From an uncultured Planctomycetota bacterium (GTDB lineage: Bacteria > Planctomycetota > Planctomycetia > Isosphaerales > Isosphaeraceae), in the NCBI GenBank assembly GCA_963823665.1, contig CAWGMQ010000004.1:2112001-2176000 (forward strand): a stretch of DNA of 64,000 nt, written 5' to 3'. The position numbers and the translations under genes were made by a program. Under the pieces are notes generated by a model that saw nothing but the letters and a program-made list of their open reading frames with translations, was not told the DNA's origin and made no database searches. Shown one piece after another: positions 21,201 through 30,448 of the stretch. How positions within the stretch are numbered: the first letter of the stretch is position 1; each line of letters begins with the position of its first letter.

Positions 21201-22809
21201 CGCGGGGCCTGGACCGGAAGGTCTCGAGCCTCATCTGCAACAGCTCGCCGAGTGGAACGCACAGAAAGAACGGCTGGAAGCCGAGCTGGCCCAGCAGATC
21301 CCCGAGATGAATCTGGAGCGGAAGCTACGCGCCTCTGACCGTCGCGCCGTCGCGCTGGGCCTACCGGAGGGGGTCGTCCTGGTCGAGTTCGTCCGGTTTT
21401 CTGTCTTCGATTTCCAGGCGGTGCCGGCCCGAGGCGAGCCGCGATGGAAGCCGGACCGGTACGTCGCTTTCGTTCTGCCGGGCGGCGAGCCGCTTGAGGT
21501 GCAAATGATCGAGCTAGGCGAGGCCGAGCCGATCGACCAGATGATCGCTGACTTCCGGGCCGGGATCATCGCCGAGGCCACGGCGGGCAACGGCCGCGAC
21601 ATGGCGAAACGGCGGCGTGATGCCCCTTCGACCGTCGAAAGCGATGTCGACCTGGCCCTGCGAGCGGTGGTATTCGACAAACTGGCTCCGGCACTCGGGA
21701 ATCGAACGCACCTCCTGATCGCTCCAGATGGCGACCTGACCAGGCTCCCCTTCGAGGTCCTGCCCACGGCCAATGGCCGCCGCTTGATCGACGACTACCA
21801 GATCAGTTATCTGAGCTGCGGCCGTGACGTGCTCCGGTTCGGGGCCGGTGCTACTGGCCAGCCTGGCAAGCCGCTGATCGTCGCCGACCCCGATTTCGAC
21901 CTCGAAACGGTCACCGTGCCCGAGCCGGCGCTGCCCAAGGCTGGTTTCTGGTCCCGCTTACTCGGCCGCGGCGAGCAAGCCACGGGGACGCCAATGCCAT
22001 CGGTCCCGGCGGTCGCAACCACCGCTCGCTCCACCGGGCGTCATTCGCGCGACCTGGACCGCGACCGGAGTGCTTATCATTTCCATCGTCTGCCGGGGAC
22101 CCGGGCCGAGGGGGAGCGGGTCGCAGCCCGACTTGGTGTCTCCCCCTGGCTCGACGCCACGGCCCTGGAAGGCCGGCTCAAGACCGCTTGTCGGTCGCCA
22201 CGGATACTCCACCTCGCCACGCATGGCTTCTTCCTGTCCGATCAGGAGTGCGACCTCAACCGCGAAGGCCGGGGCCTCGGGTTCGACTTCGGAGAGCTCT
22301 CCGGCGCGGCGGACGGACTGGTACGGCTCTCGGGCCCGACGATGGAGAACCCCATGCTCCGCTCGGGTCTGGCGCTGGCCGGGGCCAACACTTGGCTCAA
22401 GGCCGGCAACCTGCCCGAGAAGGCCGAGGACGGCTTTCTGACTGCCGAGGACGTCACCGGGCTGGACCTGCTGGCCACGGAGCTGGTCGTGCTCTCGGCC
22501 TGCGAGACGGGGCTGGGTCAGGTCCACGTCGGCGAGGGGGTCTTCGGCCTGCGGCGAGCGTTCGTCCTGGCTGGGGCCAAGACTTTGGTCATGAGCCTGT
22601 GGAAGGTGCCGGACGAGCCGACCCGCGAGCTGATGGAGGACTTCTACGGGCGACTGCTCGCCGGCCGAGGCCGCGCCGAGGCACTGCGCGAGGCGCAGCT
22701 CGCGATGAAGGCGAAATACCCCGACCCATTCTATTGGGGTGCCTTCATCTGCCAGGGAGACCCATCACCCCTCGCCATCGACCTCCACCAACCTATAGGT
22801 GGTTCGTGA
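18262..22809 (+). CDS. TPR-CHAT protease
   Basis: About 20 42-aa TPR repeats (LGEDHPDYATSLSNLA); CHAT with IAPDGDL, LPF, LHLATHG (His), VLSACETG (Cys), SLWKV, YWGAF; start codon uncertain (18220/18262/18292). Confidence 0.95.
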   Translation: MALNRTTGGLMQELHRLFRRAIKLRQQGRCQEAIVRLTHARDAARRHLGLHHPAYATSLNNLAFLYAEMGEYAVAEPLFYEALGIYRATLGANHPEYAGSLNNLATLYRHMGDYDAAQSLYCHALEIRRAVLGEHHPVYAKILSHLALLYQAMGDYAAAEPLFREALGIYRATLGESHPDYTGSLDNLAGLYCAIGDHAAAAPLIRLGLEIVRAARGDDHPDYARSLDRLAGLYCAIGDHAAAEPLCRQALEIRRDALGESHPDYAASLNSLAALYCAIGDYVVAASLIRLGLEIIRAARGDDHPDYARSLDSLAGLYCAIGDYTAALPLHRHALEIRRAALVESHPDYAASLDSLAGLYCAIGDHAAAAPLYRQALEIRRTALGEDHPDYATSLSNLEGVYRAMGDHDAALHLCRQALKIRGTAVGEDHPSYATSLNSLAGLCREMGDYDDDATSLNSLAGLYCAIGDYAAAAPLYRQALEIRRTALGEDHPDYATSLSNLAGAYRAMGDHPAAATGLDGLAGLYCAIGDYDAALSLYGRALEIRRTALGEDHPDYATSLSNLVGVYRAMGDHAAALHLCHQVVLEIRRTPAGEDHPSDATGLSSLAGLCREMGDYAAAVSLYGRVLEIRRTALGEDHPDYATSLSNLATLYQDTGDYAAALALHRRALEIRRAALVESHPDYAASLNSLAGLYCAIGDRAAAALLYRQALEIRRTALGEDHPDYATSLSNLAWVYRAMGDHAAALHLCRQALEIRRAALVESDPDYAASLDNLAGLYCAIGNYAAAAPLYRRALEIRRTALGEDHPDYATSLSNLATLYQDIGYYAPALAHHRQALEIRRTALGECHPHFAINLRNLADSWAALGRAWLAMPLMEQLASIEDRMIGQVFAIGSDRQRIAYLRTVLGNLHTFLSLVQQHLADSPAAIRAALDLVLRRKAIAAEALATQRDAVLGGKYPGLEPKLRELAALRLQIARKTLAGPGPEGLEPHLQQLAEWNAQKERLEAELAQQIPEMNLERKLRASDRRAVALGLPEGVVLVEFVRFSVFDFQAVPARGEPRWKPDRYVAFVLPGGEPLEVQMIELGEAEPIDQMIADFRAGIIAEATAGNGRDMAKRRRDAPSTVESDVDLALRAVVFDKLAPALGNRTHLLIAPDGDLTRLPFEVLPTANGRRLIDDYQISYLSCGRDVLRFGAGATGQPGKPLIVADPDFDLETVTVPEPALPKAGFWSRLLGRGEQATGTPMPSVPAVATTARSTGRHSRDLDRDRSAYHFHRLPGTRAEGERVAARLGVSPWLDATALEGRLKTACRSPRILHLATHGFFLSDQECDLNREGRGLGFDFGELSGAADGLVRLSGPTMENPMLRSGLALAGANTWLKAGNLPEKAEDGFLTAEDVTGLDLLATELVVLSACETGLGQVHVGEGVFGLRRAFVLAGAKTLVMSLWKVPDEPTRELMEDFYGRLLAGRGRAEALREAQLAMKAKYPDPFYWGAFICQGDPSPLAIDLHQPIGGS
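18400..20860 (+). repeat. 126-bp TPR tandem array with high internal identity
   Basis: Repeating GCCCTGGAGATCCGCCGC...GAGGACCACCCGGACTACGCCACCAGCCTG units; boundaries approximate. Confidence 0.9.
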
Positions 22810-22917
22810 GCCAAATCCAATGATTTCAATGCCATCCCTCCGAAGAAGCGAAGTCGATCGGCGTGCGCGCCGCCTCTGAGCAGGTGTTATGAGCCCTGGT
22901 CTCGAATCCACCGGGAG
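22775..22917 (+). repeat. 143-bp imperfect direct repeat, copy B
   Basis: Same length as and colinear with 16056-16198; overlaps the last codons of TPR-CHAT. Confidence 0.9.
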
Positions 22918-22920
22918 CGG

Positions 22921-25900
22921 TCAACACGGTGTGACTGTTTTCTCGACCCGAGCCCACGGATCGGCGAAGCAGCAGTAGGCCAGCCAAGTGGGATCATTCG
23001 GGAATCGCAGGCGTACGCGGTGCCTCGCAGCCAACATGACCTCGCTGATGGGCAATCCCTGAGACATCAACTCGTAGAAGGCTTCGGCGAACACAAAGGC
23101 TGCCTGATCGGTGACCGGCCATAAGGTCCCCACGAACCCGCCACAGCCTAGCTCGACGAGTCGGGCGCCCCACGAGCCCAGGCGTGTGAGGGAGAAGCCG
23201 ATCCGCCCACTATGGCAGGTGTTGAAGAAGATTAGCGGCGAAGCCCCGCGCATCGCTCCGACGATCCGTGTTGAAAGCTCGGCTACACGGAATTCGCCAT
23301 CTTCCATGCGTACGGCGGAGGCGTCTGCGGCGAACGTTCCTCCGAACGCTCCGTGACCGATCAGGTGGAGAAGATCAAATCCCCCGCGTTCGAAGGCATC
23401 GATCAGCTCGAGCCGGCGGGCTGGGAGTACCCGGACCTGGGCGCCGGAAGCCTCCAAAGAGCGAAGGATGGCTAACTCTTCATCAGCAGACTCGAGGCCG
23501 AATTCGGTGCGTCGATCGGCAGACTCAATGTAACACGCCGTCTTGTCGGCGAGCAGGACCATGTCACGGGTCAGTTCCGGTCCTCTCTGCGGCGCAGCTA
23601 CCCCTCCCTGAGCCATGGCAAAAATGCGGTTGAATGAGAACCGCTGGACTGGCGGTCTTCCGCGCAGCCACCGTGTCAGTGCAAAAGCCTCCCCCCAGAA
23701 CACGTCCTCGGCAATCAGCTCCCCCGCGATCGGATCGGTCCGGTAGGGCTTGATCAATTCCCAGGGGATGTGCGGTTCATCGGACAGGATCAAGACTTTC
23801 CTGATTCCTCGTTGGCGGAAGGTCCAGCACATGTCTTGCAACGTCTTGGGAAGGACCTGGTCGAAGAGATTGCAGCCCACCCTGGCAAGCGTTGCTGAGA
23901 CGTCCTCGATCGATATGCCGGGTTGGCTCGCGAGCGATCCTAACGCGTGGAGTTGATTTTCGACCCAGTCCGCGACATCGGTGTTGAGGTCTTGCGTCCC
24001 CAGATCGCCGTCCAGGACCGGGAGGTCCTTCAACCTCGGATCTGTCGATGAAATGACGAAGTGCAGCCGACCGGCTAGCCCGGAATGACGGTGTTGAAAG
24101 ACCTTGATGACCAGGTCGGGAGCGTCAAGGCCGGGCCCCGATCCGAGGTTCAGCTCCGCTCCCGTCGCAGCGCGATCCGGCGAGTCTTCTAGATCGACAG
24201 CGACCACGTCGGGAGCTAGGTCCACGGAACCAACCGGCCGGCCTGATTGGGCGAAGTCAATCATCACGCGGCCCGGACCGACTTTCCTTCCCCGGAGACG
24301 AAAGACGGCCGCGGGTGACTTTTCTAGCAGCGGTACGATGATCTCAGCCCTGGCCGGACCTTCGATCTCAAAATTCTCGGCGGCTACATCGATGGTCACA
24401 CGGATGTCCGGCGGCGGTTTCCCAGGCTCGGTGGGCTGCGAGACGAGGAGCGACATCGTCACGTCATGGTCGTGCGGCTTCGCAAGCTTCTTGACTTCGC
24501 CGGTGGGAAGTGTTTTCTCGGCCAGAATGATCTGCACGCGCAGGTTGTAGGATTTAGCAACGTGAACCCTGGCTGGGAATGAAATATCGGTGTGTCGCCG
24601 GATTGATTCGGACGATGCGACGTTAGGTGCCGGGTTGGCTTTCTCTTCGGACGTTTCGGGATTCAAAAACTGCAAGCAGCAGCGGGCACGGGCAATGGCC
24701 TGCTTCATATAAAGGTGAGAGTTCTGGATTGCGATGGCGGCATCGCAGGCTAACTTGGCCAGCAAATCCAGGTCTTCACGGCTGAATTGCTTCCGGTCGG
24801 TGGTGTCGACTTGGATGATCCCGAGCGCTTGCTGATCGGGGATGAGTAGAGGGGCGCACATTACCGAGCGAATCTTGAGATCGGTGATGGAAGCGCTGGT
24901 CGGAAAGTTCATGTCGGCATCGACTTCAGTGCTCAAGATCGCCTTCTTCTGTCCCAGCACTTCATTAACCAGCGACTTGCTGAGCTTCCACTGGGTCTCG
25001 CCATCCGGAGTCGCCGTGGCGACTCTCATGTTCTTTTCGGTCCGGTATTTGAAGGCCGTGCGCAGCAATCGATTGGACATCGGGTCATCCAGGCATAGGA
25101 AGAGCTGCTCGGCCTGGGGGAAAAGCTCCATTAAAGAGTCGAGGATCTTGGACGCGAGCATGTCAATTGTGAGGTCGCTTGAAGGATCGGGGATGCACCG
25201 GGGCTCTCCGGGATCTCTCCGACGTTCGGGATATACGAAGGTCGCGATCTCTTCGGTGCTCAGAAATGCTGTGCCCTTTCGAGCCGACACCGCATACTTG
25301 ATGATGGCGATGAGCGCTTGGAAACATGGACCGGGGTACTCATGGTTGTAGGCGGGGGGGGCATGAAGAGGTAATCGCCCTGCGTGGAAGTCCGACAGAT
25401 GGCCAGCCAGGCGGCATAGCTCTGTGTAGATGGCCACAGGGGGCTGACGGCCTGGATAGGTGATCGCCTCCAGGCATGAAGACACGCCGTTAAGTGCTGA
25501 CAGTTTACGCAGCCGTTCGGCCTGATGTTGCGGCTCGTCCAATCGCGGACCAAGTAATTCTTTGGTCTTTTCCCACTCGAGTAACATGTTGACTTTCTCG
25601 AGGTACGCACCCTCGAGCGCGAGATCGCCATCGGCGAGCTGCCGGGACAATCTGATGATGTCGTCGAGTAACGCACCCTCGAGTGCGAGATCGCCATCGG
25701 CGAGCAGCCGGTACAATCTGTCGACCGCATCGCGAATGGCGTCAACGAGCGAGCGTAACTCCTGCAACAAAGGTGGCCAGGCGCCGATCACCAGTAAAGG
25801 CGGCATCATCTGCACGTTGATTTCCGGTGGCCCCTCCGGCGACAATTGCCAGATGTAACACAATGGCGAGATCTCGAAGCCCGTAGGTTCGCTGTGCGAG

Positions 25901-26271
25901 ATGAGCAACCGAGCTTTCGGACGCTGTGCTTTGACCGAATCGGCCTCGCTCGCGCTGCTGCTCTTTTCTCGTTCACCTTCGAGATCCTCTTTCCGGCCAG
26001 CAGACCCGATGTCGGCGCCCATTCGCTTAAAATTGGTCTGGCTCGGGAGTAACCCAGAGGTTGTCAGGTAGACGATGACCCAGTTGCGACCGGCTAGTAA
26101 ACTCCGCACGTCAACTGGGTCGACAATCGAATCATTCTGGATCGACACCTCGGTACCGTCTTTGAAACGGATCTGGCACGAGCGTACTGACACCCAGCCA
26201 TTGGCGAGCGCAGTCGTATCCAGTTCAAGGGAGCGCAAACCCCAATTGAAAGAAGACGAATGGTCGTCCAT
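22921..26271 (-). CDS. chimeric TssK-like / GAF / beta-domain / CHAT protease
   Basis: N-terminal NWGLRSLELDTTALANG...RFKDGT, PPLL, YTELCRLAGHL..PAYNH resemble T6SS TssK; IRSVMCAPL..GIIQVD..FSREDLDLL..AAIAIQN is GAF-like; CHAT IPWEL, LLHLIGHG, FFNTCHSG, GTLWPV. Confidence 0.75.
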   Translation of the reverse strand: MDDHSSSFNWGLRSLELDTTALANGWVSVRSCQIRFKDGTEVSIQNDSIVDPVDVRSLLAGRNWVIVYLTTSGLLPSQTNFKRMGADIGSAGRKEDLEGEREKSSSASEADSVKAQRPKARLLISHSEPTGFEISPLCYIWQLSPEGPPEINVQMMPPLLVIGAWPPLLQELRSLVDAIRDAVDRLYRLLADGDLALEGALLDDIIRLSRQLADGDLALEGAYLEKVNMLLEWEKTKELLGPRLDEPQHQAERLRKLSALNGVSSCLEAITYPGRQPPVAIYTELCRLAGHLSDFHAGRLPLHAPPAYNHEYPGPCFQALIAIIKYAVSARKGTAFLSTEEIATFVYPERRRDPGEPRCIPDPSSDLTIDMLASKILDSLMELFPQAEQLFLCLDDPMSNRLLRTAFKYRTEKNMRVATATPDGETQWKLSKSLVNEVLGQKKAILSTEVDADMNFPTSASITDLKIRSVMCAPLLIPDQQALGIIQVDTTDRKQFSREDLDLLAKLACDAAIAIQNSHLYMKQAIARARCCLQFLNPETSEEKANPAPNVASSESIRRHTDISFPARVHVAKSYNLRVQIILAEKTLPTGEVKKLAKPHDHDVTMSLLVSQPTEPGKPPPDIRVTIDVAAENFEIEGPARAEIIVPLLEKSPAAVFRLRGRKVGPGRVMIDFAQSGRPVGSVDLAPDVVAVDLEDSPDRAATGAELNLGSGPGLDAPDLVIKVFQHRHSGLAGRLHFVISSTDPRLKDLPVLDGDLGTQDLNTDVADWVENQLHALGSLASQPGISIEDVSATLARVGCNLFDQVLPKTLQDMCWTFRQRGIRKVLILSDEPHIPWELIKPYRTDPIAGELIAEDVFWGEAFALTRWLRGRPPVQRFSFNRIFAMAQGGVAAPQRGPELTRDMVLLADKTACYIESADRRTEFGLESADEELAILRSLEASGAQVRVLPARRLELIDAFERGGFDLLHLIGHGAFGGTFAADASAVRMEDGEFRVAELSTRIVGAMRGASPLIFFNTCHSGRIGFSLTRLGSWGARLVELGCGGFVGTLWPVTDQAAFVFAEAFYELMSQGLPISEVMLAARHRVRLRFPNDPTWLAYCCFADPWARVEKTVTPC

Positions 26272-26404
26272 TGGCGTGGAGTCTGCACTCCCCTCGTCAG
26301 GGCAATGCTTCTACGTCGCCCTGGAGCAAGGCGTTGGGACCGAGGCGTTCTGTTCGATTATCCTCGCCTCGGAGCCGGCGGACTAGTGGAGTGCCCCCAT
26401 CTGG

Positions 26405-27266
26405 TCATTGCGGCCGAACCGCACCGGCGCTACGATGAACCTTGGCCGGCGCGGAGGCACACGCACCGCAGGGGTTCGCGACGCCAGGCGGTTGGCGAAT
26501 TCTCGTCTCGAACTGGGATTCTGATCGGGCCCCGATGCCGGCCGTTCATTTCGCGCTGCGCCGGAGGTTTGTTTGGAGAAGATCAAGGTCCTGCTCTTTG
26601 CCGCGAACCCGCGTGGCACAGGCCCGCTTGATCTGGCGCGCGAGTTCCGGGAGATCGACGAGGAAGTCCGCCTGGCGACGTTCCGCGGCGCGGTTGAGCT
26701 GATCCTCGTTCCCGGTACCCGGCCGGTTGATCTGCTGCGCAAACTCAACGAGAACCAGCCGCAGGTTGTGCATTTCAGCAGTCACGGCAGTCCGGATGAG
26801 ATCATCCTTGAATCCGGGGAGCCAGAGGTCGAGTCTTCAGATTTGGACGCTGCTGTTCTCCGTTCGGCTGATGAACGGGACATGAAGAAGGTGGGCTCGG
26901 AAGAGGTCGTCGGCTTCGGCCAGGGCGAGCCTCAAGTGGTCAGCAAGTCGGCGCTCGTGAATGTGCTGCGGTCCTGCAACGAGGGAAATCTCCGGCTGGT
27001 GGTGCTGAACGCCTGCAGCACCCGGCCGCAGGCCGAGGCGCTGACCGAAGTCGTCGACTGCGTGGTGAGCATGAACCAGACCATCACGGACCGGGCAGCG
27101 ATCAAGTTCGCGGCCTCGTTTTATGGGGCGCTGGCGTTTGGTCGCTCGGTGCAAAAGGCGTTCGAGCAGGGAGTGGCGCGGTTGAGCGCGGAAGGGATCG
27201 CTGAGTCGGATACGCCTGAGCTGCTGGTGCGGGCGGGTGTCGACGCCGCGCAGGTTGTGCTGGTGG
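26405..27266 (+). repeat. ~860-bp duplicated cassette (upstream region + CHAT domain), copy A
   Basis: Colinear with 30449-31310 at a constant offset of 4044 bp, including ~170 bp upstream of the TTG start. Confidence 0.95.
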
Positions 27267-29374
27267 GCTCGGCGGCGGGCGATGGTGGCGAGATTGCCGC
27301 CGGATACTTCGCCGTGCAGCGCGAGGCTATCGAGGAACACGTCCGACGATTCGTCGGCCGCGTTGCCGTCTCGGAGGCTCTCGATCGATTCTTGGCACGA
27401 GAGTCGAGGGGTTATTTCGTTATCCGCGGTGCGCCGGGCCAGGGCAAATCGGCGGTTGCATGTCACTTGATCAAGTCCCGGGGCTGGCCGCATCATTTGA
27501 TCAACCGGACGGGTGGCCGATCAGATGTACGCTTGATTCTCCGGTCACTTATCGCGCAGCTCGCGCCCAGGCTGGAGCCGGACCGGACCCTACCCGATTC
27601 AATTCCGGAGCTGGCCAAGTCGTTCGAGGATCTGCTAGCCCGAGCCACCGCGAAAATTGGTCGACTCGTCCTCGTCGTCGACGCACTTGATGAGCTCTCC
27701 GAGGGAGCAGGCCCGGATCCGCCGTTCCTGGTTACCGAGGGGCTGCCGGCGAACGTGTACGTGATCGTGACGGCGCGCCCCGGGGATCGTCTCGATCAAC
27801 TTCTCGAAGCGCTCCACTCCACACCGCATGAGCTCTACGACCTCGGTCCGCTTGAACCTCACGAGGTCGGCGCAATTCTCCGCGCTGGGCGCCCGGACTT
27901 CGGCGATGCGAGGATTGCTCTGGCCGGGAAAGCGTCCAAGGGCAACCCGCTCTTTCTGCGAGCTGTCGCCGACGCGCTCGAGCGCGACCCGAATTATGAC
28001 CTACGCGACCTGCCCTCGTCAGTCGAAGGATTCTTCCGGCGGGCGGTCGGCGGGCTGAGCGGCCGGCGCGATCCCCTGCTGACCGACGTGCTGGGATTGC
28101 TGGCCGCGGCGCTCAAACCGCTCGCGCTGCGCGAGCTGGCCCAGATTACCGGGACGACACAACGGGAGATGCACGACAGGGGTATCCGCCCCATCCGCCA
28201 ATTCCTGCTCGAAGTCGACGAAGGTTACAGCTTTTACCATGCCCGATTCCACGAATTCGCCGTGCACGAATTGCTCTACGAGGACGAGTTGCCCCGTTTT
28301 CACGCGAAACTGGCGTCGTGGCTGCGCCGTCCCGAGTGCTTATCGTCGAATTATCGGTATCTTGCGCTGGCGCATCACCTCGGCCGAGCCGGCGACCGCG
28401 ATGGGTTGTGGGCGACGGTCGAGCCCGGCTTCCTCCGCGAGAAGATCCGGCGATTTGACTATGGCGTGCTGGAGGACGTGGCGCTCCTGGCCCGTGACGC
28501 GATCGACACCGGCGACCCGAGCCTTGTGGGACGTTGCATTGAACTGGTCGAGGGTCTGCGTGAGGTCGCCGGTGGTGACCTCATCGACGAGGCCCGCCGC
28601 GCCATTCAGGGCCGTCGTCTGGTCGTAACTGCAAAGCGAAATCGGATCGAAGCCCCCGATCCACCGCGCATCCCAGGGATGGACCTCTACATCGGCATGC
28701 TCCCCAAGTCGACCGTGGGGGCTGACGTCGTGGAGGCCCTGCGGACCCGGGACGGCCTCATTCTAGCCTTGGGTGACGCGCCCGGAGTAGGACTTAAGGG
28801 GGCGTTCGTCGCGCGATTCGTCGGCGGCCTCGTGCGTCGTCTGGCAGAGCAGCCAGGGGCGTTGCATTTGAATGAGCTCTTGGAGGAAGTCGACCGGATC
28901 CTCTCGCCACATCCTTTTTTCGACCTCATCTCGCTCCAATGCGTGGCCGTGAACTCCGCGACGGGCACGCTTACCATCGCCGGGGCTGGTCATCCGCACC
29001 CTGTCCTGTACTCGCCCCGCCGTGGGCGGTGCGACCGCTTACCTGTCGGGGACGACTTGCTACTGGCGCGGCAGCGAGTCGGTGACTCGTCCGCCCGTCG
29101 GCGCCAGCGCCACTTCGAGATTCAACCGCGCGACGTCCTGATCATGGTCTCCGACGGGCTGACGGAGGGTCACGGCATGACCGCCCTACCATACGGCTAT
29201 CGCTTCGAGAGGATGATCCCGGCTCTTTCTCACCTGGGTACCCGGGCGATCGGCGAGGCCATACTCGAGGACTGGCTGGCCCACTCGGAGGGTGCCGACT
29301 ATGTGGACGACGTGACGGTCGTCGTTCTGGCGATGAATGAGAATGGCCCAAAAGAGTCCCCTCCAGAGGAATGA
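26573..29374 (+). CDS. CHAT - STAND (NACHT-like) NTPase - SpoIIE/PP2C phosphatase
   Basis: VLLFAANP, HFSSHG, VLNAC; Walker A GAPGQGKS, Walker B LVLVVDALDE, GNPL; PP2C motifs VGAD, GDAPGVG, AGAGHP, SDGLTE, DDVTVV; GGAGG RBS. Confidence 0.88.
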   Translation: MEKIKVLLFAANPRGTGPLDLAREFREIDEEVRLATFRGAVELILVPGTRPVDLLRKLNENQPQVVHFSSHGSPDEIILESGEPEVESSDLDAAVLRSADERDMKKVGSEEVVGFGQGEPQVVSKSALVNVLRSCNEGNLRLVVLNACSTRPQAEALTEVVDCVVSMNQTITDRAAIKFAASFYGALAFGRSVQKAFEQGVARLSAEGIAESDTPELLVRAGVDAAQVVLVGSAAGDGGEIAAGYFAVQREAIEEHVRRFVGRVAVSEALDRFLARESRGYFVIRGAPGQGKSAVACHLIKSRGWPHHLINRTGGRSDVRLILRSLIAQLAPRLEPDRTLPDSIPELAKSFEDLLARATAKIGRLVLVVDALDELSEGAGPDPPFLVTEGLPANVYVIVTARPGDRLDQLLEALHSTPHELYDLGPLEPHEVGAILRAGRPDFGDARIALAGKASKGNPLFLRAVADALERDPNYDLRDLPSSVEGFFRRAVGGLSGRRDPLLTDVLGLLAAALKPLALRELAQITGTTQREMHDRGIRPIRQFLLEVDEGYSFYHARFHEFAVHELLYEDELPRFHAKLASWLRRPECLSSNYRYLALAHHLGRAGDRDGLWATVEPGFLREKIRRFDYGVLEDVALLARDAIDTGDPSLVGRCIELVEGLREVAGGDLIDEARRAIQGRRLVVTAKRNRIEAPDPPRIPGMDLYIGMLPKSTVGADVVEALRTRDGLILALGDAPGVGLKGAFVARFVGGLVRRLAEQPGALHLNELLEEVDRILSPHPFFDLISLQCVAVNSATGTLTIAGAGHPHPVLYSPRRGRCDRLPVGDDLLLARQRVGDSSARRRQRHFEIQPRDVLIMVSDGLTEGHGMTALPYGYRFERMIPALSHLGTRAIGEAILEDWLAHSEGADYVDDVTVVVLAMNENGPKESPPEE

Positions 29375-29377
29375 TCG

Positions 29378-30319
29378 ATGGCAACGAGAAAGCCCACTCT
29401 CTTCTCGACAGAGTCCGTTGGCAACGTAGCCGTTTTTCGGATCGAGACGACGACGTTGTTCGACGAGCGTGACGTAAAACGTTTGTTTGACGAACTCGCT
29501 GAGGCCATCGGCCCGCGTTCACAAATCATCGTTGATCTGGCGCAAGTTCTTCATATGAGCAGCACGGCCCTATCAAAGCTGGTACTGATGCATAGGCAAT
29601 CAAGAATCAGAGGGGGCCAGGTCGTCCTGTGTAACTTGGCACCGAAAGTGAGCGAAGCGTTCCGGACCAGCAAGCTCGACAAGTTGTTTGAGATCGCGTC
29701 GAGCCTGGAGGAGGCCCTGGCCGCCCTGCACTGGTCCTTGGAGGTCAGGTGCCCAATCGCGGGTTGTGAGGGGACCAGTCTGTCCCACGAACCATCCATA
29801 GCCGAGCAGGGAGGAGTGCAGTGCTGCCGGTCATGTGGCTGCCGGTTCTGGTTGGCTCCGTTCCAGCTCTCCCCGCGCGGCGAGGCCCGGGTCGCGGTGT
29901 CGCGCTTCGCGATCCCTACCTATGAGCAGGAGCAGATTCGCGCGGCGCTCGGTGTCATCGTGGTTTTTGATATCGTCGGCCGGCTGGACCTATTCGCCTC
30001 CGAGGCGTTGGTCGACGCCTGGCGGTCCGTGCCACAGTCGTGTCGTGCTTTGCTCGATCTCCGCGCGGCGACGGAGTTGAGCGAACCGGGCCTTCGTTTG
30101 CTCAAGGGGCATGTCGGCATCAATAATACCTCGCCCAATCGGATCGTCGTCTTGGTCGACCAAGATCGGTTTACTCGAACGCACGCGATTATTTCGAATG
30201 CTTGCATCACGACCAACCACGACGAAGCAATGTCCGCACTGCACGGTTCTCTTGCATCGGACGAATCGCCGACTCCTCTCATGGTGCTGGCGCGAAAGGT
30301 CGACACAACGATGGAATAA
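29378..30319 (+). CDS. STAS (anti-sigma antagonist) - Zn ribbon - second STAS-like domain
   Basis: IIVDLAQVLHMSSTALSKL...GQVVLCNL..KVSEAF..SKLDKLF; CPIAGC...CRSC; second GRLDL...LLDLRAATELSEPGL; starts 3 bp after the PP2C gene stop. Confidence 0.82.
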   Translation: MATRKPTLFSTESVGNVAVFRIETTTLFDERDVKRLFDELAEAIGPRSQIIVDLAQVLHMSSTALSKLVLMHRQSRIRGGQVVLCNLAPKVSEAFRTSKLDKLFEIASSLEEALAALHWSLEVRCPIAGCEGTSLSHEPSIAEQGGVQCCRSCGCRFWLAPFQLSPRGEARVAVSRFAIPTYEQEQIRAALGVIVVFDIVGRLDLFASEALVDAWRSVPQSCRALLDLRAATELSEPGLRLLKGHVGINNTSPNRIVVLVDQDRFTRTHAIISNACITTNHDEAMSALHGSLASDESPTPLMVLARKVDTTME

Positions 30320-30448
30320 CCCCAGTTGCCTCACGCGGAGCCACCAGCCGGGCGGCGCGAGTTCTTGTGATCGACACCTTGACGCTGGAAGCCACTCGTG
30401 GCCGTAGATCCGTGCTAATCGGGCCCGGGGAACACTGGTCCGGACAGA

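Noticed and set aside
24500..26271. A type VI secretion system locus
   Set aside because: Only a partial TssK-like domain inside a fusion; no other tss genes in the window.
29459..29485. ERDVKR in the STAS protein as another R-D-M-type site
   Set aside because: It has Val instead of Met and falls in the normal first STAS helix rather than an inserted loop; likely coincidence.
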